Both the position numbers and the translations under genes were made by a program. A DNA stretch of 38,150 bases from Kiritimatiellia bacterium (lineage in GTDB: Bacteria > Verrucomicrobiota > Kiritimatiellia > SLAD01): contig SLRP01000203.1 in the NCBI GenBank assembly GCA_007130845.1, positions 1 through 38,150 of the forward strand, read 5' to 3'. This document shows, one piece after another, positions 20,001-28,816 of the stretch. Under the pieces are notes generated by a model. That model made no database searches. It was given only the letters and a program-made list of their open reading frames with translations, and had not been told where the DNA came from. The stretch's first letter is position 1. Every line of letters starts with the position of its first letter.

Positions 20001-20232
20001 TCCCCCGTTCCTTGTTGTCGTAGCAGGGGCATTTATTTTCTGCACTCCCGTCGGAAAGGATCTTCAGCCCCGACCTCATGGGCCGATTCCCCCTTGCAAT
20101 CTGCCCGCTTACGTGCGGAGGATCATATGAGGCCTTAAGGACATATCGCTGATTGTGCAGGGATTGCGCTTCGCGAAATACGCGCGCACCAGCCCAATCC
20201 ATCAGAATCTTGCGACTAAAGGGTGGTTTCAT
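17035..20232 (-). CDS. SWIM zinc finger + SNF2-family helicase/ATPase
   Basis: SWIM CPC...CSH; ADEMGLGKT, LDEAQHIKN, LTGTPMEN, LLRRLK, FSQFT, SLKAGGTGLNL, QATDRAHRIGQ. Confidence 0.95.
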   Translation of the reverse strand: MKPPFSRKILMDWAGARVFREAQSLHNQRYVLKASYDPPHVSGQIARGNRPMRSGLKILSDGSAENKCPCYDNKERGIICSHVIAICLELLDRAHDPEREEKLREEARRARRLQGVDEHEYIQRVTEHVDGAVSAGLRIELAAGWREGVRSNAVPLTVLLEFDGSRHFPEEVSTEAPFLLTRKDESILFVLEDICEGPVRGRVKVPLRDFLNLLPLFEGKNLFEEDGDNPITVNAPRMQSRLKMDLDGETGELILSVHTELPHMRPGEMPVYMANRTSGWIYAADNFWPLERVLPAPLQGVYEQPVHIGRKAIPRFLQLELPVLKGVMPVDSDVSLDLFTIEPEDPGFRLVIRGSPASLSASLYAEYGEDVMEAGRASVAGHFAHPDPEDIMRYTVRNMDAERRALSELSSAGFSSDDGGGVSSIIGNREVMNFLGRDLPAFRRQGWKVELEGRIDGFMEEVEFALPVVNVGESGPGWFEVGFHFENRDGKSLSESDIRRALRRGESYVEQNGRTILLDADAIDSMTDVFEDCASVEGSTAGRFRMSDVYSAYVKSSLDALDGVDVEAGRDWRVRAEQQNRLQPMEPVELGEDLEGILRGYQKDGVSWLRCIEANGFGGILADEMGLGKTLQTLAWLQLERVKRDASGCPALIVCPTSLVGNWAEEARRFVPDLEVLEVTGSDRHNSWDKIDSSDLVITSYSLLRRDVDRYLAKEFSAVVLDEAQHIKNRSTQNAVSAKKLKAHHRVVLTGTPMENSVADLWSIMDFLMPGYLGSHDNFRQRYELPVSQGGPDGETAQKKLRRKLHPFLLRRLKRDVAKDLPPRIDRVAQCELSGDQQMVYRELLSDSRRRISDMVSKNGFQRSRMEILKTLMRLRQVCCHLDLLKLEGLDSRHPSEKLNLFFELLDEAMDGGHRVLVFSQFTSMLKILGRELDNRDLRYCYLDGSTTNRMAVVHEFNTSREIPVFLISLKAGGTGLNLTGADMVIHYDPWWNPAVEDQATDRAHRIGQKRTVYNVKLISRNTVEEKVLAMQRKKQSVISATLASDEQVMNRIRWEDVRELLDLE

Positions 20233-20370
20233 TATTTCCGCGCCAATCCCTGGTTAATGATTCGTAATTAACGTTGAAATCGTTGAGCGTATCTATATTC
20301 TGGACCCTGAGGTTGTTAACCTAGGCATCCGGTCCATACGGCCCCGGACCGAAATAATCAAATATATTCA

Positions 20371-21429
20371 ATGGTAAAACACCATATGAAGAGACACAAG
20401 ATAGTATTGATTCCAGGCGACGGCATAGGCCCGGAAGTCGCCGACGAAGTAAAACGCATACTTGACTCTGCAGGGGCAAAGATTGAATGGGTGGAACGGT
20501 ACGCCGGACAGGCTGCGCTCGACATGGGGTCTGATGTCATGCCCCCTGAAACGCTAGAAGCGATTGAGCACATCGGAGTTGCGCTGAAAGGCCCGTGCAC
20601 TACGCCGGTCGGCAAGGGATTCTCATCGGTAAATGTACAGCTCAGGAAAAAGCTCAACCTTTATGCAGCCGTCCGGCCGGTTAGAAGTTTGCCGGGCGTG
20701 TCTACCAGATTCGAGAATGTCGACCTTGTAATCGTCCGTGAAAACACCGAGGGGCTCTACAGCGGAATAGAAAACGAGGTCACCCCTGGAGTCGTCATGA
20801 GCATGAAGGTGTCCACGGAAAAGGCATGCACAAGGATCGCTAGATGGGCATTCCGATATGCAACGCACCGGCAGCGCCGGAAAATAACGGTCCTGCACAA
20901 AGCCAACATCATGAAGCTGACCGACGGCCTCTTCATAGGCTGTGCTCAGAATATCCACAAGAATGAATACCCCAACATCGATTATCAGGAGCTCATAATC
21001 GACGCGGGCTGCATGAAAATTGTACAGGACCCATCCCTTTTTGACGTTCTATTGTTGGAAAACCTGTACGGCGACGTCATAAGCGATCTTTGCGCCGGAC
21101 TTGTAGGCGGGCTCGGAGTTGTGCCGGGGGCCAACATCGGCGAACGGAAGGCCGTATTCGAGGCGGTCCACGGATCAGCTCCGGACATCGCCGGTAAAGG
21201 CGTGGCAAACCCCCTCGCGCTGCTCATGTCATCGGTAATGATGCTGAACCATATTGCGGATACCCGGGAGGATCCCGGAGCCCGCGAAATTGCCCACAAT
21301 ATTCGTAAGGCTTACGACAAGACTTTGGAAGACGGGCATAAAACCCGCGACCTAGGCGGCAATCTGGGAACAACGGAATTCGCCGACGCGATTATTGAAC
21401 GGCTGAACAAGCATGCCGGGATCTCATGA
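20371..21429 (+). CDS. isocitrate/isopropylmalate dehydrogenase family, probably NAD-dependent isocitrate dehydrogenase
   Basis: PGDGIGPEV, SVNVQLRK, VRENTEGLY, HKANIMK, NLYGDVISD, EAVHGSAPDIAG. Confidence 0.88.
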   Translation: MVKHHMKRHKIVLIPGDGIGPEVADEVKRILDSAGAKIEWVERYAGQAALDMGSDVMPPETLEAIEHIGVALKGPCTTPVGKGFSSVNVQLRKKLNLYAAVRPVRSLPGVSTRFENVDLVIVRENTEGLYSGIENEVTPGVVMSMKVSTEKACTRIARWAFRYATHRQRRKITVLHKANIMKLTDGLFIGCAQNIHKNEYPNIDYQELIIDAGCMKIVQDPSLFDVLLLENLYGDVISDLCAGLVGGLGVVPGANIGERKAVFEAVHGSAPDIAGKGVANPLALLMSSVMMLNHIADTREDPGAREIAHNIRKAYDKTLEDGHKTRDLGGNLGTTEFADAIIERLNKHAGIS

Positions 21430-21566
21430 CATATAGCGGAAGCAGCGCTTCAGGCCAACAACCGGAACATGCATGATCAGATCTGTTTTTCACCTCAGGC
21501 GGAGCATTTAATCGGCAGGATTGATTCTTCATCAAACGTGACCGGACTATTCGGGACCGTACGTTC

Positions 21567-21598
21567 TTGACACATGTCTATACAGACATGGATATTAT
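21567..21598 (+). promoter_or_regulatory. promoter with a perfect palindrome in the spacer
   Basis: TTGACA (21567-72), CATGTCT-ATAC-AGACATG (21573-90), then GATATT (21591-96) or TATTAT (21593-98). Confidence 0.6.
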
Positions 21599-21643
21599 CC
21601 CGTCTCGAGTGTATGTTGAAACCATTGGGAAGGTCGTTAGGCC

Positions 21644-22546
21644 ATGACGGATATTAATATCACCTGTCAACAATGCGGTCACCTCTTCACGGCCACAGAC
21701 AGCCGCAATAGTCTTCATGTTCCCTGCCCGTCCTGCGGAAGCAATACTCCGGTTCCAGGCGCCGGCGACAATATTCGGGAAGAAAGCATCCCTCCCAAAT
21801 TAAGGGTGCGCAGGGATCGGCCTGTCGGATCAATGCCGATGAAGCAGTGCCCTAAATGCGGCAAGGATGCTGTCGAGGATGCAGTACTGTGCGTACAATG
21901 CGGATATAACTGGGCAACCGGCAAGTCGATGCATACGAACAAGCATTCACCAATTCTCTCCGCAATAAAAATGCTTTTCATGGTTGTCCTGGCCTTAATC
22001 GTGGCCGGCGTGTCATTGTATTCCATATGGATAGTATTTTTTGATGACGAGACTGAGCGGCCATACGCCGCCATGGAGCAAGAGCCGCCCGTCAGCATAG
22101 AGGAGAAGGCCTACGAAGCCTTGACCGTCGAAGAGAAGGGCGAGACGGTTGACAGGCCTGTTTCCCTTCGCGAACCGGCAGAAGACGGGGAGACACCGCA
22201 GGAAGAGGTAAAAGAAGAAGTAGTTGAAGAACCCGAAGCCGCTGTTGACGTCAATAGGAAGAAGGAAGAGCTGAGGCAATCACTCACTGCATCGCTTGAT
22301 GAACGATTTCCCCTGTACTCAAGGGGGGATCAGGTGGTTCTTGAACAGCGCAACGGCCTGGTTCACAGGGGCAGACTTGTAGGTGTAAGTGACGGCGATG
22401 CCTTATTAATTGATGGTGAATTTCGCATTAGAGCCGCCCTTGACGATCTGACCGTTAATTCCCGGTTGCAGGTTGACGAAGGCTTCCGCGACCAAATGAT
22501 TGAAGATCGATTGCTACGGGAACTCGAAAACCAGGGCTTGCTGTGA
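21644..22546 (+). CDS. double zinc-ribbon single-pass membrane protein
   Basis: CQQC/CPSC and CPKC/CVQC pairs, TM (LFMVVLALIVAGVSLYSIWIVFF), acidic linker and C-terminal domain. Confidence 0.8.
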   Translation: MTDINITCQQCGHLFTATDSRNSLHVPCPSCGSNTPVPGAGDNIREESIPPKLRVRRDRPVGSMPMKQCPKCGKDAVEDAVLCVQCGYNWATGKSMHTNKHSPILSAIKMLFMVVLALIVAGVSLYSIWIVFFDDETERPYAAMEQEPPVSIEEKAYEALTVEEKGETVDRPVSLREPAEDGETPQEEVKEEVVEEPEAAVDVNRKKEELRQSLTASLDERFPLYSRGDQVVLEQRNGLVHRGRLVGVSDGDALLIDGEFRIRAALDDLTVNSRLQVDEGFRDQMIEDRLLRELENQGLL

Positions 22547-24228
22547 CAGCCGATATAAGTGAAATGGAATCGAAGAAATGGGAATTTCTCCGATCCATTG
22601 ATAGTCTGAACCGTGAATCTGAACACGGCCCTCCCGAATTTCTAAAGAGGGTTGACACTGAATTGCTGTCTCACCCTGCCTTTGAAATTCCACCGTTCGA
22701 CAAGGCAGCATTTTCACCCGACACGGCCCGTTTTGCAGATCGCTTGAGCCGAGAGTCCGGGTCCATGCGCCGTCGCATCCTAATATCAGACCTGGAATTC
22801 ATTGGGAAAATCAGCGAGTCCGGAGCTGAAGTGATACACCGGGATTCATTGGGCTTTATTCAGGGAGGTTTTCCTGTTTGCGCGAACGGCGGCATGGCGG
22901 CCTGTGTATGGACAGGAAGATTATCAGACCGGGCAATGGACGGAAAGACCTTTGAGGAGATTGTCCGCGATTCAGGCATTACAATTAAAGAGGTTGAATC
23001 TCTTGCTGCACGTATACCGGTTTTTACGGAAAAACAGATTGAACGGATTTTTGAGATTCACCGCAGGTGGAGAGACTCTCTTGAACTGATCCTGAAATCA
23101 CACCTGTCAATGAATGAGCTTGACGCTGAATTGAAGGAATCCGAAAGGGTACTTTCACTGGGTTCCCTTTCCAGCGGCATAGCGCATCACTTTAACAACC
23201 TTTTGTCCGTAATCCTTGGGTATTCATCCTTTCTTATAAACCGTAAAGACCTTCCTGATTACTCGAGGCATGCCCTTGAACAGATAGCGGAGGCTGCTCA
23301 GCGCGGCCGCCGCCTTACACAGGAAGTGCTTTCCTTCGCCGGCAGTGAAGTTGAAACCGAGACCCCATGTCCCGTTCACGAAATACTTGTCAGTGTGCTT
23401 TCCCTTCTTAAAACCCAGGCAACCTCACGACTGACCGTGAATACCGAGCTTAACGCATCAAACGACACTGTAACGGCGCCTTTGAGCTCGATTCACCAGA
23501 TAGTATTCAACCTGCTTTCCAATGCTATTGAAAGCATGCCGGAAGGAGGATCTCTCTACATTTCAACCCGGAATATGGATATCGAGGAAGGCGGATCGAA
23601 AGCCCGATATATGAAAATAGAGGTTCTCGACTCCGCGACTCCGGGAACTGTGACAGCCGAGAAACACCCCGCTGCTTCCAGCCCTCGCCTTTCAAGCCTG
23701 CATGATATCGTCAAAAAACTTGAAGGTTCCGCGACAGTATCTCAAGATGCCTGCTACACCAATCGAGCTGAAGTCCTTCTGCCGGTATCGGAATACAGCG
23801 AGGATTCCCCTGAAGAAGACAAGGGATCCGGAAGTTCGTCACCGACATCCGTATGGGTGGTGGACGACGACCCGATATTCAGGGAAATGTGCAGGCAAGT
23901 CCTGTCAGAGTACGGCCACATTGTCAGAGAGCTTTCGAGCGGTCTGGAAATGCAGGCCGCATGGACTCAAACACGGGAGTTCCCGGGTTTACTGATCATC
24001 GATTTCAGCATGCCGGAATGCAACGGACTGGAGCTTTGCGAATGGCTGCAGCAACAGGGTTCTGAGGCGGCGGTGATCCTGGTAAGCGGTTTTGCCCCAA
24101 CCCAGCCTGATATTCACAAGGCGTTGCAGATGCGACGCACGTTTTTCCTGCAGAAGCCGTTTCCCGTTCCGGAGCTGGAAGATGCCGTCAGCGTTGCCCT
24201 TGGGGAAAAGCTGCTTCATGATAGTTGA
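22543..24228 (+). CDS. hybrid histidine-kinase-like protein (PocR-like sensor, HisKA, degenerate HATPase, receiver)
   Basis: GIAHHFNNLL, NLLSNAIESM; G1/F/G2 boxes absent; receiver VVDDD/IIDFSMP/QKPF. GTGA overlap with the upstream gene. Confidence 0.85.
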   Translation: MTADISEMESKKWEFLRSIDSLNRESEHGPPEFLKRVDTELLSHPAFEIPPFDKAAFSPDTARFADRLSRESGSMRRRILISDLEFIGKISESGAEVIHRDSLGFIQGGFPVCANGGMAACVWTGRLSDRAMDGKTFEEIVRDSGITIKEVESLAARIPVFTEKQIERIFEIHRRWRDSLELILKSHLSMNELDAELKESERVLSLGSLSSGIAHHFNNLLSVILGYSSFLINRKDLPDYSRHALEQIAEAAQRGRRLTQEVLSFAGSEVETETPCPVHEILVSVLSLLKTQATSRLTVNTELNASNDTVTAPLSSIHQIVFNLLSNAIESMPEGGSLYISTRNMDIEEGGSKARYMKIEVLDSATPGTVTAEKHPAASSPRLSSLHDIVKKLEGSATVSQDACYTNRAEVLLPVSEYSEDSPEEDKGSGSSSPTSVWVVDDDPIFREMCRQVLSEYGHIVRELSSGLEMQAAWTQTREFPGLLIIDFSMPECNGLELCEWLQQQGSEAAVILVSGFAPTQPDIHKALQMRRTFFLQKPFPVPELEDAVSVALGEKLLHDS

Positions 24229-24243
24229 AAATAAAGCATCGGA

Positions 24244-24272
24244 TTGACAGGAGTGCGCCTTATCCCTATATT
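24244..24272 (+). promoter_or_regulatory. sigma70 promoter for tRNA-Val-thrS-infC
   Basis: TTGACA-N17-TATATT. Confidence 0.75.
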
Positions 24273-24312
24273 CGATTCCGGTTGGACACGGGTATTTCAG
24301 TTTCCGCCCGAG

Positions 24313-24389
24313 GGGCGATTAGCTCAGTCGGCTAGAGCACTACCTTGACATGGTAGGGGTCACAGGTTCAAGTCCTGTATCGCCCACCA
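24313..24389 (+). tRNA. tRNA-Val (anticodon GAC)
   Basis: GGGCGAT/ATCGCCC acceptor stem, CTACC-TTGACAT-GGTAG anticodon arm, GTTCAAGTC T-loop, ACCA end. Confidence 0.97.
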
Positions 24390-24513
24390 GGCTTGGTCAG
24401 ACTAAAGTCCGGGCGCTTGATAATGAAAACGGTTCACCCCGGCAAAAAACGTAAAAGAGATGAGGAATAACAGCAAGGATCATGTACGGCGCGGGATCAT
24501 GCCCCGAATTTAA

Positions 24514-26307
24514 TTGATGAAATTAGACAAGGATTCCCATCTGTATAGGATGCGGCACAGCGCCGCTCATGTAATGGCCGCTGCTGTCTGCCGACTCTAC
24601 GAAGAGGTTCAGCTCGACATTGGTCCTCCAACCATTGAAGGATTTTACTACGACTTTGACCTTCCGGACCGGTTGACCCCCGAAGATTTCACGGCCATTG
24701 AAAAGGAAATGGCCAGGATCATAGATGAGAACCATCCATTCGAATGCCTGGAAATGTCCCGCGAAGAAGCCCGGAAATTCATAACGGGCATGAATCAGAA
24801 ATACAAACTGGAACGGCTGGACGACATTCCGGAAGGCGAGAGCATAACCTTCTATAAGTGCGGCGAATTTGTTGATCTATGCCGGGGGCCTCACATCGAA
24901 AGCACCGGAGGGGTTAAATCCTTCAAGCTCCTTTCCGTTGCCGGTTCATATTACCGGGGCAGGGAAACCAATCCCATGCTTCAGCGTCTTTATGGAACAG
25001 CATTTGAATCCGGAAAGCAGCTCAGGGCGTATCTAAAGCAGATCGAGGAGGCCAAGAAGCGCGATCACAGGAAACTCGGCAAAGAGCTGGACCTTTTCAG
25101 CATTCAGGAAGAGGCGGGACCCGGCCTCATACACTGGCATCCGAGGGGGGCGCGAATACGGTCGATCATAGAGGACTTCTGGCGCGACAGGCATTTCGAG
25201 GCCGGATATGAACTGCTGTATTCCCCGCATATAGGGAAGGCCGGTCTCTGGGAAACCTCGGGTCATCTGGATTTCTATCGCGAAAGCATGTATTCGCCCA
25301 TGGATGTTGACGGAACGAAGTATTTCGCAAAACCCATGAATTGCCCGTTTCATATAAAGATATATCAGGCGCAAAAACGTTCCTACAGGGATCTGCCCCT
25401 GCGATGGGCCGAACTTGGAACGGTGTACAGATACGAGAAAGGTGGGGTCCTGCACGGCCTGTTCCGAGTTCGCGGTTTTACCCAGGACGATGCACATATA
25501 TTCTGCACGCCTGATCAGGTTGGCGGGGAAATACGGGACGTTATCAAGTTCGCAAACGGCATCTGGAAGACATTCGGGTTCACGGACATATCAGCGTATC
25601 TGGCCACAAGGCCGGATAAGGCTGTCGGGGATGAATCACGCTGGCGGCAGGCAACCGAGGCACTCGAGGAGGCGTTGCAGTCCGAATCCATTCCATATGA
25701 GATAGACACTGGCGGCGGCGCGTTTTACGGCCCTAAAATCGACTTGAAGGTCAAGGATGTAATCGGGCGTGAATGGCAGATGAGCACCGTTCAGTTCGAC
25801 TTCAATCTTCCGGAACGATTTGATCTGACATATACAGGCGAAGACGGGCGGAGCCATCAGCCTTATATGATTCACAGGGCTCTCCTGGGAAGTATGGAGC
25901 GCTTTTTTGGAATTCTAACAGAGCATTATGCGGGGGCATTTCCTCTATGGCTTTCCCCGGAACAGGCAAGGGTCATACCCCTTACGGAAAGGGAAATTTC
26001 ATACGCCAGAACCGTTGCCGACGAACTACGTAGTGCGCATATGCGTGTGAGCCTGGATGAGCGGTCTGAAAAAGTCGGCGCCAAGATACGTAACGCCCAG
26101 CTCTCCAAGATCCCGTACATGCTGATTGTCGGCCCGCGCGAATCGACGGATAAAACCGTGGCCGTGCGAAGCCGCGTGCAGGGCGACATCGGCGCAATGC
26201 CCATTTCTGAACTCGTGGAAAAACTTCATACGGAAATAATTTCACGGAGCCATCCGTCCGTTGAAACGGAAGGATCTGCTCATGAAACAGCCATGTCAAA
26301 AAGCTAA
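24514..26307 (+). CDS. thrS: threonine--tRNA ligase (no N-terminal TGS domain)
   Basis: RHSAAH, DLCRGPH, RDHRKLG, KPMNCPFH, RVRGFTQDDAH, AFYGPKID, IHRALLGSMERF. Confidence 0.98.
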   Translation: MMKLDKDSHLYRMRHSAAHVMAAAVCRLYEEVQLDIGPPTIEGFYYDFDLPDRLTPEDFTAIEKEMARIIDENHPFECLEMSREEARKFITGMNQKYKLERLDDIPEGESITFYKCGEFVDLCRGPHIESTGGVKSFKLLSVAGSYYRGRETNPMLQRLYGTAFESGKQLRAYLKQIEEAKKRDHRKLGKELDLFSIQEEAGPGLIHWHPRGARIRSIIEDFWRDRHFEAGYELLYSPHIGKAGLWETSGHLDFYRESMYSPMDVDGTKYFAKPMNCPFHIKIYQAQKRSYRDLPLRWAELGTVYRYEKGGVLHGLFRVRGFTQDDAHIFCTPDQVGGEIRDVIKFANGIWKTFGFTDISAYLATRPDKAVGDESRWRQATEALEEALQSESIPYEIDTGGGAFYGPKIDLKVKDVIGREWQMSTVQFDFNLPERFDLTYTGEDGRSHQPYMIHRALLGSMERFFGILTEHYAGAFPLWLSPEQARVIPLTEREISYARTVADELRSAHMRVSLDERSEKVGAKIRNAQLSKIPYMLIVGPRESTDKTVAVRSRVQGDIGAMPISELVEKLHTEIISRSHPSVETEGSAHETAMSKS

Positions 26308-26321
26308 CCCAGGAGGACGTC

Positions 26322-26861
26322 ATCGCTAAACAAGGTGTATACAGCACGAGGGTCAACCACAGGATCCGCGTTCCGCAGGTCCGTTGTGTTGACGCGGACG
26401 GAAACCAGATCGGGATTCTTGAAACCCGCGAGGCCATGAAACAGGCTCAACTGGCGGGACTGGACCTGGTCGAAATCGCTCCGACTGCCAAGCCGCCGGT
26501 ATGCCGCATCATGGATTACGGCAAGTACAAATACGACATGGATAAGAAGCAGAAGCAGCAGAAGAAGCATCAAGCGGCTACCAAGGTCAAAGAGTTGAAA
26601 TTTCACGCCAATGTGGACATACATGATTATGAAACCAAGGTGCGCCACGCACGTGAATTTCTTGAGGAAGGACACAGGGTTAAGTGCTCACTCTATTTCC
26701 GGGGCCGGGAAGGGGCTCATCGAGAGCTGGGATTCGATGTAATGAACCGGGTTATCAAGGACTGTGAAGACCTCGGATTTCCGGAGCAGCCACCCCGCAT
26801 GCTGGGGCGCAGCATTATCATGCTCATGACGCCCAAACCGCCCGAAAAGAAAAAGAACTGA
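26322..26861 (+). CDS. infC: translation initiation factor IF-3, non-canonical ATC start
   Basis: AGGAGG at 26311-16, then in-frame ATC 26322 giving (M)AKQGVYSTRVNHRIRVPQVRCVD...LDLVEIAP..PPVCRIMDYGKYKY...FRGRE. Confidence 0.94.
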   Translation: MAKQGVYSTRVNHRIRVPQVRCVDADGNQIGILETREAMKQAQLAGLDLVEIAPTAKPPVCRIMDYGKYKYDMDKKQKQQKKHQAATKVKELKFHANVDIHDYETKVRHAREFLEEGHRVKCSLYFRGREGAHRELGFDVMNRVIKDCEDLGFPEQPPRMLGRSIIMLMTPKPPEKKKN

Positions 26862-26962
26862 GGAGCGGATCTCAAGAAACCCGTTTTGTAACGGCTCATT
26901 TAGCATATTTGCAACACAAGCTCCGCCGTTGCAGGTTAATCCCTGTCATTGCCGCTTTAAAC

Positions 26963-28639
26963 TCACCCCAGATCCACTATGCCTGGATCATAACCTTCAG
27001 GCGCTTCAAAACCCAATAGATTCAGGCAGGTGGCTGCCAGGCTGGTGATTCCGAGATCGCGATGTTCCGACAGCCGGATATCTGCAGTGCCTGCAGGATC
27101 GTATATGTACACAGGTACAGGATTGAGAGAGTGGCTTGTTTTGGCCTTGGGCTGGCCGCTTTCTGGGTCCAGAACAATCTCGCCTGTCTTCTTGCTGCGC
27201 TCAAACATGTCGTCCGCGTTGCCGTGGTCAGCGGTGACAACCAGAATGGCGCCTGTTTTGCGCGCAGCCTCCATTAATCTGCCGACAGCCAGGTCGACCG
27301 CCTCCACTGAAATTTCCACGGCCAGACAATTTCCAGTATGCCCCACCATGTCGCCATTCGGATAGTTAACGCGTATAAATCGGTATTTGTTCTCCAGCAT
27401 GGATTCAATCACCTTGTCCGTAATTTCAGCTGATTTCATCCATGGGCGCTCATCAAAGGAGACCTTGTCGCCCTTTATTTCGATGTACTCCTCGAGCTTT
27501 TCATCAAACTTGCCGGACCGGTTTCCGTTGAAGAAATAGGTAACATGTCCGAACTTCTGCGTTTCGCTTATGGCGAGCTGCGGCACTCCAGCGCGTGCAA
27601 GGTATTCCCCCATTGTGCGATCAAGGGATGGTGGGCTGACCAGATATTTCCGGGGGATTTCCAGGTCGCCGTCGTATTGCATCATTCCTGCGAATTTCAC
27701 CCTGGGCATGGGATCGCGCTCAAACTCCTTAAATTCATCACCTTCTTCAAAGGCGCGTGAAAGCTCTATGGCTCTGTCACCACGGAAATTAAACAGTATG
27801 ACGCTGTCATTATCGAGGATCGGGCCCACCGGCTGACCATCCTCTACTATTATGAAGGGGGGAAGGTTCTGATCGATCACGCCCGGACTTTCTTTGCGCA
27901 GCGTCTCAACCGCTTCATTCGCGGACCCGAAACCACGGCCACGTCCCGCAACATGTGTTTCCCAGCCGCGCTTGACCATGTCCCAGTCAGCATTGTACCG
28001 GTCCATGGTTATCATCATGCGTCCCCCGCCGGATGCAATGCGGTAATCCCTTCCGCTATCCTCGTTAAGCCTGTTCAGCAGGGACTCGAGGCGGTCGATA
28101 TACTCCGTGGCCGATTGAGGAGGAACATCGCGTCCGTCAAGCAATGTGTGTACACGCGCCTTTTCAATCCCTGCATCAGCGGCTTCATTAAGCATGGCTT
28201 CCAGGTGGGTTATATGGGTATGCACATTACCGTCTGAAAGAAGGCCTATGAAATGCAGCGCGCTGTTGTGTTCCAAGCAGTTATCCACGAGTTCCTTCCA
28301 GACCGGTCCCTCAAACAGGGCCCGCGTTTCAATGGCATGGTTGACCAGACCAGCCCCCTGCTTGAATATACGCCCTGCACCTATGGCATTGTGCCCAACT
28401 TCGCTGTTTCCCATATCCGACTCATCGGGCATTCCAACTGCCGGACCGTGAGCTTTCAGCCGGGAACTGACTGCATGAGCGTCCAGCCAATCGAGATGTG
28501 GTTTTGTCGCGGCGCTAACCATGTCGCCGGCAGGATCCTGCGCGATACCCACCCCATCCATGATAATTATCACCACCGGCCCACTCGGCCCTTCATAATC
28601 TGCTAGTTTCCTCAGGTTTTCCATATATTGTCTCTCCAA
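26963..28639 (-). CDS. gpmI: 2,3-bisphosphoglycerate-independent phosphoglycerate mutase
   Basis: IMDGVG, MGNSEVGH, LSDGNVH, DGRDVPP, NFRGDRA, NGDMVGHTG, TADHGNAD. Confidence 0.97.
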   Translation of the reverse strand: MERQYMENLRKLADYEGPSGPVVIIIMDGVGIAQDPAGDMVSAATKPHLDWLDAHAVSSRLKAHGPAVGMPDESDMGNSEVGHNAIGAGRIFKQGAGLVNHAIETRALFEGPVWKELVDNCLEHNSALHFIGLLSDGNVHTHITHLEAMLNEAADAGIEKARVHTLLDGRDVPPQSATEYIDRLESLLNRLNEDSGRDYRIASGGGRMMITMDRYNADWDMVKRGWETHVAGRGRGFGSANEAVETLRKESPGVIDQNLPPFIIVEDGQPVGPILDNDSVILFNFRGDRAIELSRAFEEGDEFKEFERDPMPRVKFAGMMQYDGDLEIPRKYLVSPPSLDRTMGEYLARAGVPQLAISETQKFGHVTYFFNGNRSGKFDEKLEEYIEIKGDKVSFDERPWMKSAEITDKVIESMLENKYRFIRVNYPNGDMVGHTGNCLAVEISVEAVDLAVGRLMEAARKTGAILVVTADHGNADDMFERSKKTGEIVLDPESGQPKAKTSHSLNPVPVYIYDPAGTADIRLSEHRDLGITSLAATCLNLLGFEAPEGYDPGIVDLG

Positions 28640-28816
28640 CTCACAGGGTTTGAAAAATGCGGAACGGCATTGGGATCAGCCGGCAATGGCTGACGTCGTC
28701 TTCAAGACTGCGCTATTTACCCCTGCAATGCAAGGTCAGTGTGCGCAGGTGCGCCTATTGCGGTCCGCAAACGTTGATACTTGACGATATATACCGGGGT
28801 TCAGCATAGTTGATCC

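Noticed and set aside
17035-20232. SNF2 ATPase as part of an anti-phage system (DISARM/Zorya-like)
   Set aside because: It has the stand-alone SWIM-SNF2 housekeeping architecture and is flanked by metabolic genes, with no methylase or nuclease partners.
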